Notes: generated from the letters alone by a model not told the origin. A stretch of DNA of 64,000 nt from Octopus vulgaris (GCA_951406725.2 OX597823.1:89032001-89096000); one strand, 5' to 3'. Shown: positions 12,376 through 24,905, counted from the first letter of the stretch. Translations and numbers: made by a program.

Positions 12376-13421
12376 ATGCATGTACATAAGTATGTATGTA
12401 CGTATGTATGCATGCATTTATGTATGCATATATATATGTATGTATCGGCTTGTGTTACTAAATCGAACTACCTATACATGGAATGTCAGAAACGAGACGT
12501 TAATCCCATATCTATCCATTATCAAACAGCGTAAAAGAAATTGAAATAGGGAAAATTACTAAGTCACATATAATTCCATCGACACATGCATAAAATAAAA
12601 TAAAACAGAACAACGATATTCCATATTCTTTTAACTATATCTTAACTATATCTTTTAACTGTATCTTATTTATGATTTTATTTTACGTTTATATTTCCAT
12701 AATTCTTTTCACAAGGTTTTCGTTGTTGCTTAATGCTGAAATAAAATCAAAAATATTTTTGTAAGACTTTCTTTTATTTTGTTTTTCCGATCTAAATAAC
12801 TCTTTTAAAAGTAGGAGGTTATTCACTGAGAAAAATAAAACAGAACTTCGTTATTGTTTTCAGTGGAAGAAGCATGTTACATCGTTTAATAATATATTAT
12901 GCCAAGAATCTATTTCCACACAATCTAAAAGTAGTGCATTGTGTGGGGGAAAGTATCTTTCTTTCTCTCTTTCTTTTATTCTGATATTTTTGTTTGTTCA
13001 ACATCTTTCTCAATTTACTTGGCTAAAACTCTGTTCTACTTTCTTAAGAAATATTTAGATTATGTAATCTGAAGAATTTTTGTTTTGAAAACAACGTGGC
13101 CTTATATAGGTATTGCAATATGTTTAGATTCCAACAGGATAATTCTTCATAATATCATACATAATGAATGAACCGCCAGATCGTAAATACTGTTTATTCT
13201 GAGATATTTTCTTATTACTAAATAAATGTAACATCAGTCATGGCTTACTATAAAGAGCACACGCAGACAGGATATTTTCATATTCATTCCATGTCCCTTT
13301 TATATATGACATTGATACAGCTGCCTGTGCGCGCGCAAACACGTGTTTATTTCAGTGCGCGTGCGTGTTTATGTGCGCATACAAACATGCACCATCATAT
13401 ATACACACACAAATATATATG

Positions 13422-13454
<33 letters not shown>

Positions 13455-13500
13455 ACATACATATGTACATACACATATGTACCTACACATACACGCATAC

Positions 13501-13568
<68 letters not shown>
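13501..13568. repeat. (GATA)n microsatellite
   Basis: Perfect AGAT array. Confidence 0.95.
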
Positions 13569-13571
<3 letters not shown>

Positions 13572-13596
13572 CTTTTTATTATTTTACTGCTTTCAA

Positions 13597-13805
13597 AAGC
13601 GATGAGATGGTAGAAACGTTAGCAGGCTGGGAAAAATGCCGAGCAGTGTTTCGTCCATCTCCACGTTCAGAGTTCAAATTTCACCGAGGTTGACTTTGTG
13701 TTTCATCCTTTACCTTTCATCGGGAATGATGAAATAAGTACCAGTTGAGTACTGTGGTCACCCTCCTCCAAAATTTAGGCCTTGTACCTGTAGTAAAAAG
13801 GATTA
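13597..13805 (+). mobile_element. SINE family A
   Basis: aagcgatgagatggtagaaacgttagca...gagttcaaatttcaccgaggttgactttg...ggccttgtacctgtagtaaaaaggatt. Confidence 0.8.
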
Positions 13806-14164
13806 TTTAACTGCTTTCAGTCACAAGATGTCGGCCGTACTGCAGCATCCCCTTCGAGGAACCATTCGTTCAAGTGGATCATAGTACTTCTTTCCAGTCA
13901 TCTAGATTGCTACTTGTTTTATGGGCCCCTTTTACAATACCCCACCATTATAAGTGAACATGCACACACAAACATACATAAATAATTACACACACACACA
14001 CACACACATTTTGCTTACAATATCTAAGGATTAATAATCTTGGTTATTGATCCAGGAAAGCGGTAGGACAAAGTCGACCTATGTCCGATCTGAACACTCA
14101 TACTCGTAGACTGTCATAATTCGAACACGCTATTTATTCTTGAGTTCTGCTACAAAGTTCCTCT

Positions 14165-14590
14165 TGTAAACACGCTGTTTCGGGTTCAATCATACTGCAG
14201 AGTACATTAGACAATTGTCTTTTACAATAGATCCGCACCAACCTACACAACTGTTTTGAACTGGGTGCGAAAGATGTTTAAGAAGGTTGTCGTATATATA
14301 CGTGTGTGTGTCTGTGCGTGTGTGCTTGTGTGTGTGTGTGTGTGTGTATGTGTGTGTGTGTGTATCGTTGTGTTTGCATTTATCATCCCACGCTGCTTGA
14401 CAACCGATGTTGGTTTGATTATGTTTCTGTAAATTTGCACTTCAGCAAAAGATTTGGTAGCATAAGTACAAGGCTTATAAGAAAAAAAAAAAAAAAACAC
14501 CGGCGTCGAATCATTTCGACCAAAACACTTCAAGGCAGTGCCCCACTATGACCGCAGTCCAATGACCGAAACAAGTAAGAGTGAAGATAA
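14165..14590 (+). mobile_element. Degenerate CORE-type SINE family B with internal (TG)n
   Basis: gggttcaatc...gcttgacaaccgatg...aaggcagtgcccca..atgaccgcagtccaatgaccgaaacaagtaa, homologous to 39723-40132. Confidence 0.75.
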
Positions 14591-15123
14591 AACATAATGT
14601 TTCTAACTGTCGATAAGCTAATAACGTGAAGCAGCGTCTTTCTTCCCCGTAACTCATCTTTTCTCACACGCACCTTCAAATAGAAACGTTCTTTATGATA
14701 TTCATCTCTAGATTCTCGGTCAGCTGGAAAAGCGCTCTTTGCTCAATCACAATATAAGTGGTAATAATTACTGATCGAATGCTACAGAGCGAGAAATAAT
14801 GAAGTCCTCGAGCGAGTTTTTATTCTAGGCTGGAAAAAAAAAGTTTTCAGTTCACTGAAGACGCTAATGCTTTTTCGGTAAAAGAATAAACACCCTGTAT
14901 CGCGTTTTCACAATGTTTGAAATAGATCATCGTAGAAATAAGAAGGATAAGAATGATATATAAAGTCAAATAGATTTTGAGGGAAAAGGTTAGGCTCCCT
15001 GAGGGCTGAAAACGGGAAACGTTTTCCACTTCCAGTTGAAGGATACCTATTTCGTTTTTGCCGCTAATCAGTTTAGAATTGCGTGAATGTCACGTAGTAG
15101 ATTATCACTTTCTCAAAATATAC

Positions 15124-15159
<36 letters not shown>

Positions 15160-15232
15160 CACCACCACCACCAATAATAATGATAATAATAATAATAATA
15201 TTAATAATAATAATAATAATAATAATAACAAC

Positions 15233-15470
15233 AGTCAAGAAAGAAGCCGAAAAATAGATAAATACAATCCTCTTAAGTACGAAACAGCGTGGCTATGGAA
15301 AAGGAATGTGAAGATAGTGCGGATTATTGTTATGTTCTTGGGGACAGTATCAGAAGGCATCAAGAGGAATATAAAGGAAATTGGAATATAGAGCTCGGTA
15401 GAACTGTTACCAAAGACTTGCCTCCATGGCAGGGCCAGAATAATCAGGAAAGTATTAGATAGCTGAAAAG
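15233..15470 (+). mobile_element. Dong/R4-type non-LTR retrotransposon 3' fragment
   Basis: Translates ..VKIVRIIVMFLGTV...LLPKTCLHGRARIIRKVLDS*, like the RLE C-terminus at 26755-27054. It directly follows an (AAT)n tract. Confidence 0.6.
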
Positions 15471-15477
15471 AATTGTT

Positions 15478-15650
15478 GACACCGGCGGAATTTGAACTCA
15501 GAACCTAAAGCGGGATGAAATCCCACAAAGCATTTTGCTCGGCATACTAATGATTCTGCCAGATCACCGCCTTAATTGTACTAATAATACAGGGGCACAG
15601 GGCCTAAAATTTTGAGGGAGGGCGCTAGGTGATTACATCGACCACAGTGC
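15478..15650 (-). mobile_element. SINE family A fragments
   Basis: ggcggaatttgaactcagaac...tgattctgccagatcaccgcctt and a tail piece ggcacagggcctaaaatttt. Confidence 0.75.
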
Positions 15651-15914
15651 AGTCCTTAAAAAAAAGAAGAAAACAGACATCTTTCAGACTATAAAAGTGT
15701 GCGTTAAAGGAATCGTGCTTCTGTTTCCAGAACTTTTAAACCACCACACAGAGCCTCCTTCTTTGACTAGGGATGAATAATGCCATTTTATCCTCTTTCC
15801 TACTAACATGGAATGAAAACTTCTTATGATCGCATGAAATTGTAACATTATCCCGAACTTCTTAAGCAACATTCGCACAAGCTAAACCGGTCGGTTATAT
15901 CAATATTTTATTTG

Positions 15915-15955
<41 letters not shown>

Positions 15956-16250
15956 TGTGCATTTATCTTAGTTTTATATTTCCATTAATTTCACCACTAG
16001 GAAAAATATTTTAAAACTCTTTGTATTTCTGCATGCAGTATGAAGTACATCACCCTTCAACCTATATATTTAAGTCGCTGCCTATTTGAGTTACATCCCT
16101 TAAATCATTTCATTTAGTTACACATGTCACGAATAATTTATAGCCAATTTTCTTTGAGCAAAAAAAAGTATTTAGCTCTTCAGTTAAGCATGGATAGACA
16201 ATACGAAATTCAAGCACCTCAGCAAGCATATAAATTAACATGGAGAGATA

Positions 16251-16480
16251 AGGCGGCGAGCTGGCAGAACCGTTTGCACGCTGGGCGAAATGAGTAGCAG
16301 TATTTCGTCTGACGTTACGTTCTGAGTTCAAATTCCACCGAGGTCGACTTTACCGTTCATCCTTTCGGGGTCGATAAATCAAGTACCAGTTACGCACTGG
16401 GGTCGATGTAATCGACTTAATCCGTTTGTCTGTCCTTGTTTGTCCCCTCTATGTTTAGCCCCTTGTGGGTAGTAAAGAAA
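16251..16480 (+). mobile_element. Young full-length SINE family A copy with L1/Tx1-like tail and TSD
   Basis: Intact A/B-box head. About 20-bp TSD AAATTAAC(A/T)TGGAGAGATAA at 16232-16251 and 16482-16501. Confidence 0.92.
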
Positions 16481-16554
16481 CAAATTAACTTGGAGAGATA
16501 AATTCTAAATTTCTTGTTATTATATCCACATTTATTTGTAAAACATTAATGACG

Positions 16555-16930
16555 ATTTCAAATTTTGGGACAAGGCCATCAAATTCAGGGGCGGGGGAAA
16601 GGATGAAAGCGGGAGTCGACCTCGACCGAATTGGAACTCAGAACGTAAAGACGGACGAACTGACGATAAACATTTTGCCCGGCGGGCTAACGTTTCTGGC
16701 AGCTCACCACCTTGTAAAACAGTAGTCTCAAATTTTGGCCCAATGCCAGTTAATTTGGGAGAAGGGCTATATCGATTAAATTGACCATGTTCAACTGACA
16801 GTTATATTGACCCCGAAACCATGAAAGGTAAAGTCAATCCCGACGTAGTTTAAACTCAGATTGTAAAGACGGATGAGATGCTGCTAAGCATTTCGCCCGA
16901 CATGTTAACGATCCTACCAGTTCGCCGCAT
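16555..16930 (-). mobile_element. Two family A SINE copies, inverted relative to 16251-16480
   Basis: aaaggatgaaag..gtcgacctcg..gaactcagaacgtaa...ggcagctcaccacctt, present twice. Confidence 0.8.
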
Positions 16931-16954
16931 TGTAAAACATTGGTAATAGGAACA

Positions 16955-17310
16955 GGCATGGCGGTGCGATTCAGAAGCTTGCTCTGCTACCATAAGATTT
17001 TGCGTTCAGTCCCATTGCGAGGCACCATGGCTAGTGTCTTCTAGAACCACAAGTCAGCTAATGCCTTGTGAATGCATTTGGTATAAAGAAACTCTGAAAG
17101 TCGTATATATAGATATTTATGCATATGTTTCTGTTTGTGCACTTTCCCTTTCACAACCAGCATTGGTTTATTTACAACCCTGTAACTTCCCTGACCAGCA
17201 AAAATACCAGACTTAAAAATATGCTCTGGGGTAGATTTGTTTCACTAAACCATTCTAAGCGGTGTGCAAGCATCATCTTTATGATTAAAACAAGTAACAT
17301 ATAAAAGATA
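16955..17310 (+). mobile_element. Degenerate SINE family B
   Basis: aggcatggcggtgcg..agaagcttgct...gttcagtcccattgcgaggcacc...gccttgtgaatgcatttggta...aaacaagtaa. Confidence 0.75.
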
Positions 17311-18439
17311 ATAATAACTATGGTTATTATCTTCTCGAACTAATTGTAAAGTTTCACTTAACTAAAGTGCGGTTGAGACTGTATCCCTTGTCTTAGATAT
17401 TGAATGTTGAGATGTTGGGTTTTGTAATATCATCATGTTCATAAAAATAACACAGTCATCAAGAAAGTGAAATACTTTTACATTGGGAATTAAAACTCTT
17501 TGTGCATCTAGGGAATTATTATTCTATTGACCAATATGAGCAACAAGAACGTGACCAATCCTGGAGAATTGATATTTTCAAAGCCGCTTATGATTCTTAA
17601 TTGACTGTCTGCTCACCGAAGTATCAACCTTGGGAATGACCTGAATAGAATAACACTACATATCCCCTATGAATAAAATATATTACCAATCTATTTATAT
17701 AGGATTGCTCATATAATATGCGTGGCAAGTGAATTATCATTAGCAGGTAACCAAGTTAATTAGCGATATTCTTGTAAAATTTACTATTTTTAAATAAAGT
17801 TTGATTAGATTATCTAATAATATGTAACTCTACTGAATCTGAACAGCTTAACCCTGAAGTCCTCATCTCTACGATTATAGTTTGATGACGTCGGCAGCTA
17901 TTTCTTACAAAAGCCAAATTAGATTAAATTACTTCTTAATCTCCATCAAACGAAGTTTCGAAAGGTCAATCAGTAATCCTTAGCAAAAAGAATCTGATTA
18001 GGTCAATAAATCAATACTATGTATGCCATTTAATATCTGACATTATTAATCACTTTTGTTTTCAGTTAAAATGAAAGTAATACTTATCAAATGTTGCCTT
18101 CAAACACGTAACACCGATTTACATTAGATGAAATATATTCTTCATCATGATAAATGTTTCCCACTCATTTGCATATTGAATGTTTACTCGGCATATATTG
18201 GTTGATTGCGTGATGTTCGGGCTTTTATCATGTATATCAGTGGTGTATTTTAACAGGAAAGATTTTAATCGAGAATCGAAACCGCTTCACTGTCTAGGTC
18301 AATTATCTTTATGAGTTGACCTTTCGGTGAAGTGTAAGTGATTCATAGCCATTATCTTTATAGTGCAGAATAGACTTTTATAAAGTATTGATTTCTTTTG
18401 TTTATTAGATTAGCAAAATATCTGAATGCTTGAAGTGTT

Positions 18440-18776
18440 CGTCGGAAATCGATGCCCGAGACTCTGACGGCTACGACAAGTGTCCCAGTGGATCCGATTG
18501 ACGGAACAGCCTGCACGTGAACTTAACGAGCAAGTGGCTGAGCACTCCAGAGATATGCATACATTTAACGAATTTCTCAGGGAGAGCTAGCGTGACACCG
18601 AATGTGTCAAGGATGGCCCTTTGAAATATAGGTGTAACCTATATATGCCAGGTGAGTGAAATGGAGCAAAGTGAAATAAAGAGGCTTGCACAAGGACACA
18701 GCACGCCGCCAGGAATCGAACTAACGTCCTTCCGATCGTAAATTGAATAACCTAACCATTAAGTTACGCGCTTTCA
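18440..18776 (-). mobile_element. SINE family C
   Basis: ccgattgacggaacagcctgc...gcaagtggctgagcact...ttgcacaaggacaca...ggaatcgaac...cctaaccattaagttacgcg. Confidence 0.8.
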
Positions 18777-19195
18777 CTAACAAAGAACAGTCCTAAATTG
18801 ATACGTAAACCGATATATGTCTAACAACTATATCATTTCCCTAAACAGGGAAGACTCATATATGATTTCAAAAACGATAATAATTGTATGGACAAAGGGT
18901 TGACAGCAGCCTTTCAACTTTTTCCTGACATGTATTATAGGTGCAGGCTTGGTTTGTAGTCGAGGCTTTGCCGTGTGTTTAAGAATCTCACTTTGCGGCT
19001 CTGTTGTTTCTGATTCAGCTTATGTTTGTACCTGTGACAATGTGCATGTGTTTGCTCTGCTACTGCTTGACAACCGGCATTACTATGTTTACATCCTTGA
19101 CAGGATTTGAAATGAATCTGTAACTGACGTGCAACCGCACCATTTCGCTAAAAGTAACTATTATAACGTACGGCGATATGCATTGTCAATGTGAT

Positions 19196-19196
<1 letters not shown>

Positions 19197-19244
<48 letters not shown>

Positions 19245-19285
19245 GGATGGATGGATGGATGGATGGATGGATGGATGGATGGATG

Positions 19286-19317
<32 letters not shown>

Positions 19318-19318
19318 T

Positions 19319-19366
<48 letters not shown>

Positions 19367-19405
19367 CTTTCAGAAAGAATTCTGGAGATGGATAGATAGA
19401 TAGAT

Positions 19406-19452
<47 letters not shown>

Positions 19453-19522
19453 TAGATAGATAGGTAGGTAGGTAGGTAGGTAGGTAGTTAGGTAGATAGA
19501 TAGATAGATAGATAGATAGATA
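19197..19522. repeat. Compound (GATA)n/(GATG)n/(GACA)n/(GGTA)n microsatellite
   Basis: Direct inspection. Confidence 0.95.
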
Positions 19523-20793
19523 TGTTTCTTTATTAGCCACACAGGGCTGCACACAGATAGAACAAATTACAAGGTAGAGCTTTTCTTTTGAAGGTTTAAA
19601 AAAAAAAAAGGAAGGGGAGAAGATCAAAAGGGATCGTAAAAGGAGAGAAAGAGGACAAAAAAAAAGGGGGTTAAAAAAAAAGGGGGAGAGGAAAAAAAAT
19701 TGATCAATAGGGATCGTTATCACAGGAATGTCAATATGAAGTGTAAAGGGGAGGACAGGTGAGGTTTACCCGTGGAAAGAAAAGCCTACGGAAAAGACCA
19801 CGGTAACCTCGGTCAATGAAGTCACATTTTATATTTCTTTTTTTATTTTTTTTGCAAATAAGCAACTCTCTGTTTTCGATTTCTGGGTTCATAGGACTAT
19901 GCTCAAGGTGGCTTCGTCATTCATACGTGCCATTCTTGCTACATTCACCCATCTTTTTTTAAAACATTCGCTAGACAAAACTTGCCTCTCTACTCTCACT
20001 TTCCTTTTCAAGTGGTACTTGAAGAAGTTGATGAGAGATTGACCAGAGAGGAAAGTGTTTGTCTCCAATCCTTTCAGACGCGTCCACCAGATACATTCTT
20101 TCGCCATAGCCACAAGGATGATGAAAATAGCTCTTCCTTCCCGTTTGAAGGAAGGAGGCGTGACAATATTGACGATAGACTCAGCTGATAAACCGACTCG
20201 TCCCACACGTGACAGCAGTTGTTCGACATAAGCCCACAGGTCGGAAATTGTTGGACACTGAACGAGTGCGTGCAGAACGGTTTCGTCGCTCTGACCGCAT
20301 CTCGGGCAGGTCGGCCCCGTTTTTCTCGAGCCGTGTCTGTAGAGCTTATCCCGAACGGGTAGCGCTTCTCGGTAGCACTGCCAGGCCAGGGATCTCTGGA
20401 AGTTTTCCATGGGCCCTGGCCCGAAAGTCGTCCTGAACAGGCGGGTCAGGTACTCCTCGTCGACGTCAAGGTTCGCCCCGAGCTCGTCGTCGTACCTCCC
20501 CTCCACTAAACCCCTATAGAATGCTTTGGTTGTGTTGAAGTCACTTAAGGTCGACCCAGGACGGCAGAGTTGCTTGAGAGCAACGCGACACTCGCGGTGC
20601 CATTCGCCCTTCCTCGGCCTCTTTTTGATCCACGACTGCAGTTCGGTCATGGAGACGAGCTGCGGGAAAGCGTGCCTCACAAACGGCGACCACACCTGTT
20701 CACCGTCGTCTACATAGAGCCAGAGATGTCGCAGTCTCAGCGCGTGTCTGCGCATCATCAACCACGGCATGCCCAGCCCTCCTTTTAACGGGG
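19523..20793 (-). mobile_element. 5'-truncated L1/Tx1-clade LINE: ORF2 C-terminus with zinc knuckle, 3' UTR and AATAAA
   Basis: Open frame from PLKGGLGMP through CPRCGQSDETVLHALVQC (zf-RVT-type CCHC) to a stop at 19889. T-rich 3' UTR ends GGCTAATAAAGAAACA. Flanked on both sides by (TATC)n. Confidence 0.9.
19889..20791 (-). pseudogene. LINE ORF2 C-terminal fragment (uninterrupted, no native start)
   Basis: 293-aa ORF extends upstream in frame to the truncation point. GGLG motif, W..(YR)EALP, CxxC..H...C, and IW..R motifs. Confidence 0.85.
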
Positions 20794-20846
<53 letters not shown>

Positions 20847-20847
20847 T

Positions 20848-20890
<43 letters not shown>
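20794..20890. repeat. (GATA)n microsatellite
   Basis: Direct inspection. Confidence 0.95.
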
Positions 20891-21234
20891 TTACTATCGG
20901 ACAACTTAAGTTCCAACTGGAGTTTTGAAACGAAATCTCTTGCGTAACATGAATTAAAAAAAAATAAAATATTGAATTTCAACGTACATTTTAGATGCAT
21001 TTTAACTTCTTAATCAGTACAAGTTTTCGATGAATGTCGAAAGACAACCAATCAATCAAATTTATTAATAATATGTTCTTATTTAAAAATTTTGTGTATT
21101 ATTTCGTTCGTTCGTGATAGCTTTGCACTGAGAGACAGCATATCCTTCGAACACTATGATACAATGTTTTATTATAACGTAAATATTAAGGAAAAATTTA
21201 AAATAACAGAAAAGATACCATGATACTTTTAATC

Positions 21235-21308
21235 TAATATATGCAAACATGTATGTATAGATGGATAGATAGCTAGATAGATAGATACATGCATATATAT
21301 ATATATAC

Positions 21309-21365
<57 letters not shown>

Positions 21366-21472
21366 TATATATATATACACACACACATATATATGCATAT
21401 ATATATATATATGGTCTACCTATATATATGCATATATTTGTACACACATTTTATACATGTATATAAATGTAA

Positions 21473-21514
<42 letters not shown>

Positions 21515-21572
21515 TTATATATATAATACACATATATGCATGTATGTATGTATGTATGTATGTATGTATATG
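21235..21572. repeat. (TA)n/(TATG)n low-complexity tract
   Basis: Direct inspection. Confidence 0.9.
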
Positions 21573-22469
21573 TTCAGCATAGTCCCTGTTGTAATTCTTT
21601 AAGTATGTCATATCATTCATCATCGAGCATTCCACCGATGGTCTTATCATATTTTTCTCTTGTATTGTTATCTAATTTAACATTATTTAACGTCTTACGT
21701 TTTATTAAACGTCCTCGGGCGCCATTCGAAATAGATTTGGCTGCGTTCATAAGCAGCATGTGATTACAAAAATCAGATGTGCCTAATAATGAAGTAATAA
21801 TGATATGTTTTTTCCAATCGATATATTGCTAGAATAACGACTAAAGAACCATGTAGTTCCTATTTTGTCGCTGATTCATTGTCTTACCGCAGTCTTGCTG
21901 ATGATGACGATTGCACAAATATCTCAATATTTACTCTGTCTAATTGCTAACAGGCACCATGTGAGACGTAATTGCGATGAGGTAGTATTAAGTGCCGTTT
22001 CGTAAAGCACCAACAATGTGTTTAATATAGCTTAGAAAAGAGACTTTCTGTCCGCTGAACATTATACAGTATGTTTACAGTGATGAACATTAAGAAACTG
22101 CTTGCTGCTTGGAAGACTAGCCGGCTTGTTAAGAGTTAAATAACGTGGATCACAGAAATACTACTAAAGCTTATGCACGTATACGAACGCAAAACTATTA
22201 GAAGAAATGTCGAATTTAAGTCCTGCTGCTTATGTAAGATATTTATCTTCTTACATCTTTTTAGTGTATATGTGTGTGTGCGTGTTTGTGTTTGTGTATG
22301 TGTGTGTGTGGGGGTGTCTGTGTGCATGTGCTTTGAGTGTTTGTGAGTGCTTCTTTATGGCAGTATGCTTTTGTGTGTTTCTGACGATTTTTTCTTTCAG
22401 TCAATCTTTTTGCTTTCGAGTTGTCAGTTTTGGTTTGTGATTACGTCAGTTACAACACAGCAGTGAGAC

Positions 22470-22792
22470 AAGTATATATATATGCATATGTATGTATATA
22501 TGTATGCATGCATGCATATATGTATGTATGTATATATGTATGTATGTATGTATGTAGGTATGTATGTATGCATGTGTGTATGTATGTATGCATGCATGCA
22601 TGTATACATGTATGTATGTATACATACATACACACACATGCATATGTATGTATATATACATATATATGTTTGCACGTGTGGGTGAGTGTGTATGTATGGG
22701 CGTGTGCATATATATATATATATATACATATGTATACATATATATATATATATATATACACATATATATATATGTATGTATGTATGTATGTA
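22470..22792. repeat. (TATG)n/(TA)n low-complexity tract
   Basis: Direct inspection. Confidence 0.9.
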
Positions 22793-23369
22793 TCTACTAA
22801 GAAAAATGAAAACATATATTGTCGTGTTTAGCTTTATCTTCATACTATTGACACAACACTGTTGTGGTAAGAATCCCTTGCACGGAAGTATGACATTAAA
22901 AACGAATCATTATCATTATTGCGTCCGGTCTATGCTTGAACATTCTCAAAACAAATCTCCATTAGAATTCTATAAAAGCTTTCAAAATGTTATCGAAGTT
23001 ATTGCTTTCGATAGAATTTGTATTAAAGTAATAATATTTAATAGCAACAACAAAAATAACAATAACAATAACATCATCATCATCAACAACAATAATAATA
23101 ATAGAGTATGAGAAATAGTAATAGTTTAAGGTAGATGTAATTTTATGTGACGTTCATAATAATAGTCAGATAATAATCACATTACTATTAGAAAGCATGC
23201 TTACGATGACCACTAGGATGATGAGGGGGCGGATGATAACTGTGATAATGAAGATGAAGATCGTTACATTGAGGAGAATGATGAGGAGTTGAAGATATTG
23301 TGGAGGAAGAAGCGAATAATGAAAACGATGGAGGCGGTTACGTAGGCAGTAATGAAAGCAAATAGGCCA

Positions 23370-23760
23370 CAACCTGAGCTCGCAGAATTGTTACCGCGCC
23401 GGGCAAATTGCTTACATTTCAAAATGCTTGCATTTCGTCTGTGTTTCGGTTTCGTGCTTAAATCCCACCGTGGTCGACTTTGTCATTTATCCTTTCGGAG
23501 TCGATAACATAGGTACCGAAATTGCTGATCTTGAGCCAAAATCTGAAATCAATATTTCTGGCGTAAGAAGGCGGTGAGATGGCAAAATTTTTAGCTCACC
23601 GGGCAAAATGCTTAGCGTCATTTCGTCCGTCATGTTCTGCGCCCAAATTCCGTCGAGGTTGTCTTTGCCTTTCATCCTGTCGGGGTCGTTAGCTTAGGTA
23701 CCAGCTGAGCGCTGATATTGATGTAATTGGCTTACTCCTCCCCTAGAACCGTTGGTTTTG
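23370..23760 (+). mobile_element. Two tandem family A SINE copies
   Basis: gcagaattgttaccgcgccgggcaaa...gtcgactttgtcatttatcctttcggagtcgataa, and aaggcggtgagatggcaaaa...ttgcctttcatcctgtcggggtcg. Confidence 0.8.
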
Positions 23761-24279
23761 TGACATTATTATGACAGTTATTTTAATCTAAACATAATGT
23801 GGTCAGTTTTGAAGGGAGCGGATAAGTCGATGTTGCCGTACATGACTATTTTATCGGCCCCAGAATATTGGAAAGCAAATTTTACCATGGAAAAATTTGA
23901 ACTCGGAGAGTAAAGACCCAGTATAAATATCACAAATCACACAAAGCCAAAAGTAATATTGCAGAAGCTCAAACGATTCTGTGAAATAATTAAGTGGTTA
24001 AGATATTAGTTATAAGAATATGATTATCATCAAACATTGATTCTGCAGATAACAATATCCTCAACATCGGCATTATTATCACATGATCATGATCATGGTC
24101 ATCATCATGATTAAAATCAATCACCATCATCATCATCATCATCGAGACCGACACCACCACCATCGTCTTTATCATCTTCCTGATCACCTGCATTTTCATC
24201 TGTTATCATGAATCTTGTCACTTACTTCATTGTTAACGTGATGAAGAAAAATTTTATAACTACTTCATCTGCTCCTGCA

Positions 24280-24353
24280 ATTACTACTACTACAACAACA
24301 ACTACTACTACTATTACTACTACTACTACAACTACTACTACTACTACTACTAC

Positions 24354-24407
<54 letters not shown>

Positions 24408-24420
24408 CAACAATAATAAT
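24280..24420. repeat. (ACT)n/(AAT)n trinucleotide microsatellite
   Basis: Direct inspection. Confidence 0.95.
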
Positions 24421-24905
24421 GAACAAAATTTGGCAGGACAAGAAAATGCGCAGTCAGTTCTTAAAGAATGAAGATGAGATTGATTGGAATAGAACCTGGC
24501 AATGGCTGCAGAAAGGGGACTTAAAAGGGCCCACTGAGGGATTAGTGTGCGGTGCTCAAGAACTAGGTCTCAGAACAAACTACTCCAAATATCACATTGA
24601 TAAAAGCACTAGATCGCCACAGTGTAGGATAGGCTCTGAGAAAGGAGAAATTTAATGAGTACTGTAAGCTCGCACAACGCAAATACAAAAGGAGATACGA
24701 CAATGGGTGTGGGGCGGTAAAGCAAACCTCGAGAGAGCCGAACAATGGTATGAACATAAGCCAGAGGGAGTAATGGAAAACGAACATTGCAAAAGACTAT
24801 AAGATTTTAACATGAAGTGCGACCAAGTGATAGAGGCAAGATAACCTGATATCGTGCTCACCCATAAAGATGAAAAAGAAGTAAAGTATTTGTCTCTAGA
24901 CATTT
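24421..24905 (+). mobile_element. Dong/R4-type non-LTR retrotransposon fragment (frameshifted)
   Basis: TWQWLQKGDLKGPTEGLVCGAQELGLRTNY...CR, then CKLAQRKYKRRYDN, WYEHKPEGVMENEHCK and PDIV, typical of the zinc-knuckle/RLE region. Confidence 0.85.

Noticed and set aside
21978-21987. TGAGGTAGTA, the let-7 5' end
   Set aside because: Only 10 nt match and there is no complementary arm for a pre-miRNA hairpin.
22110-22130. TGGAAGACTAG...TTGTT, resembling miR-7
   Set aside because: The central bases differ and there is no star arm downstream.
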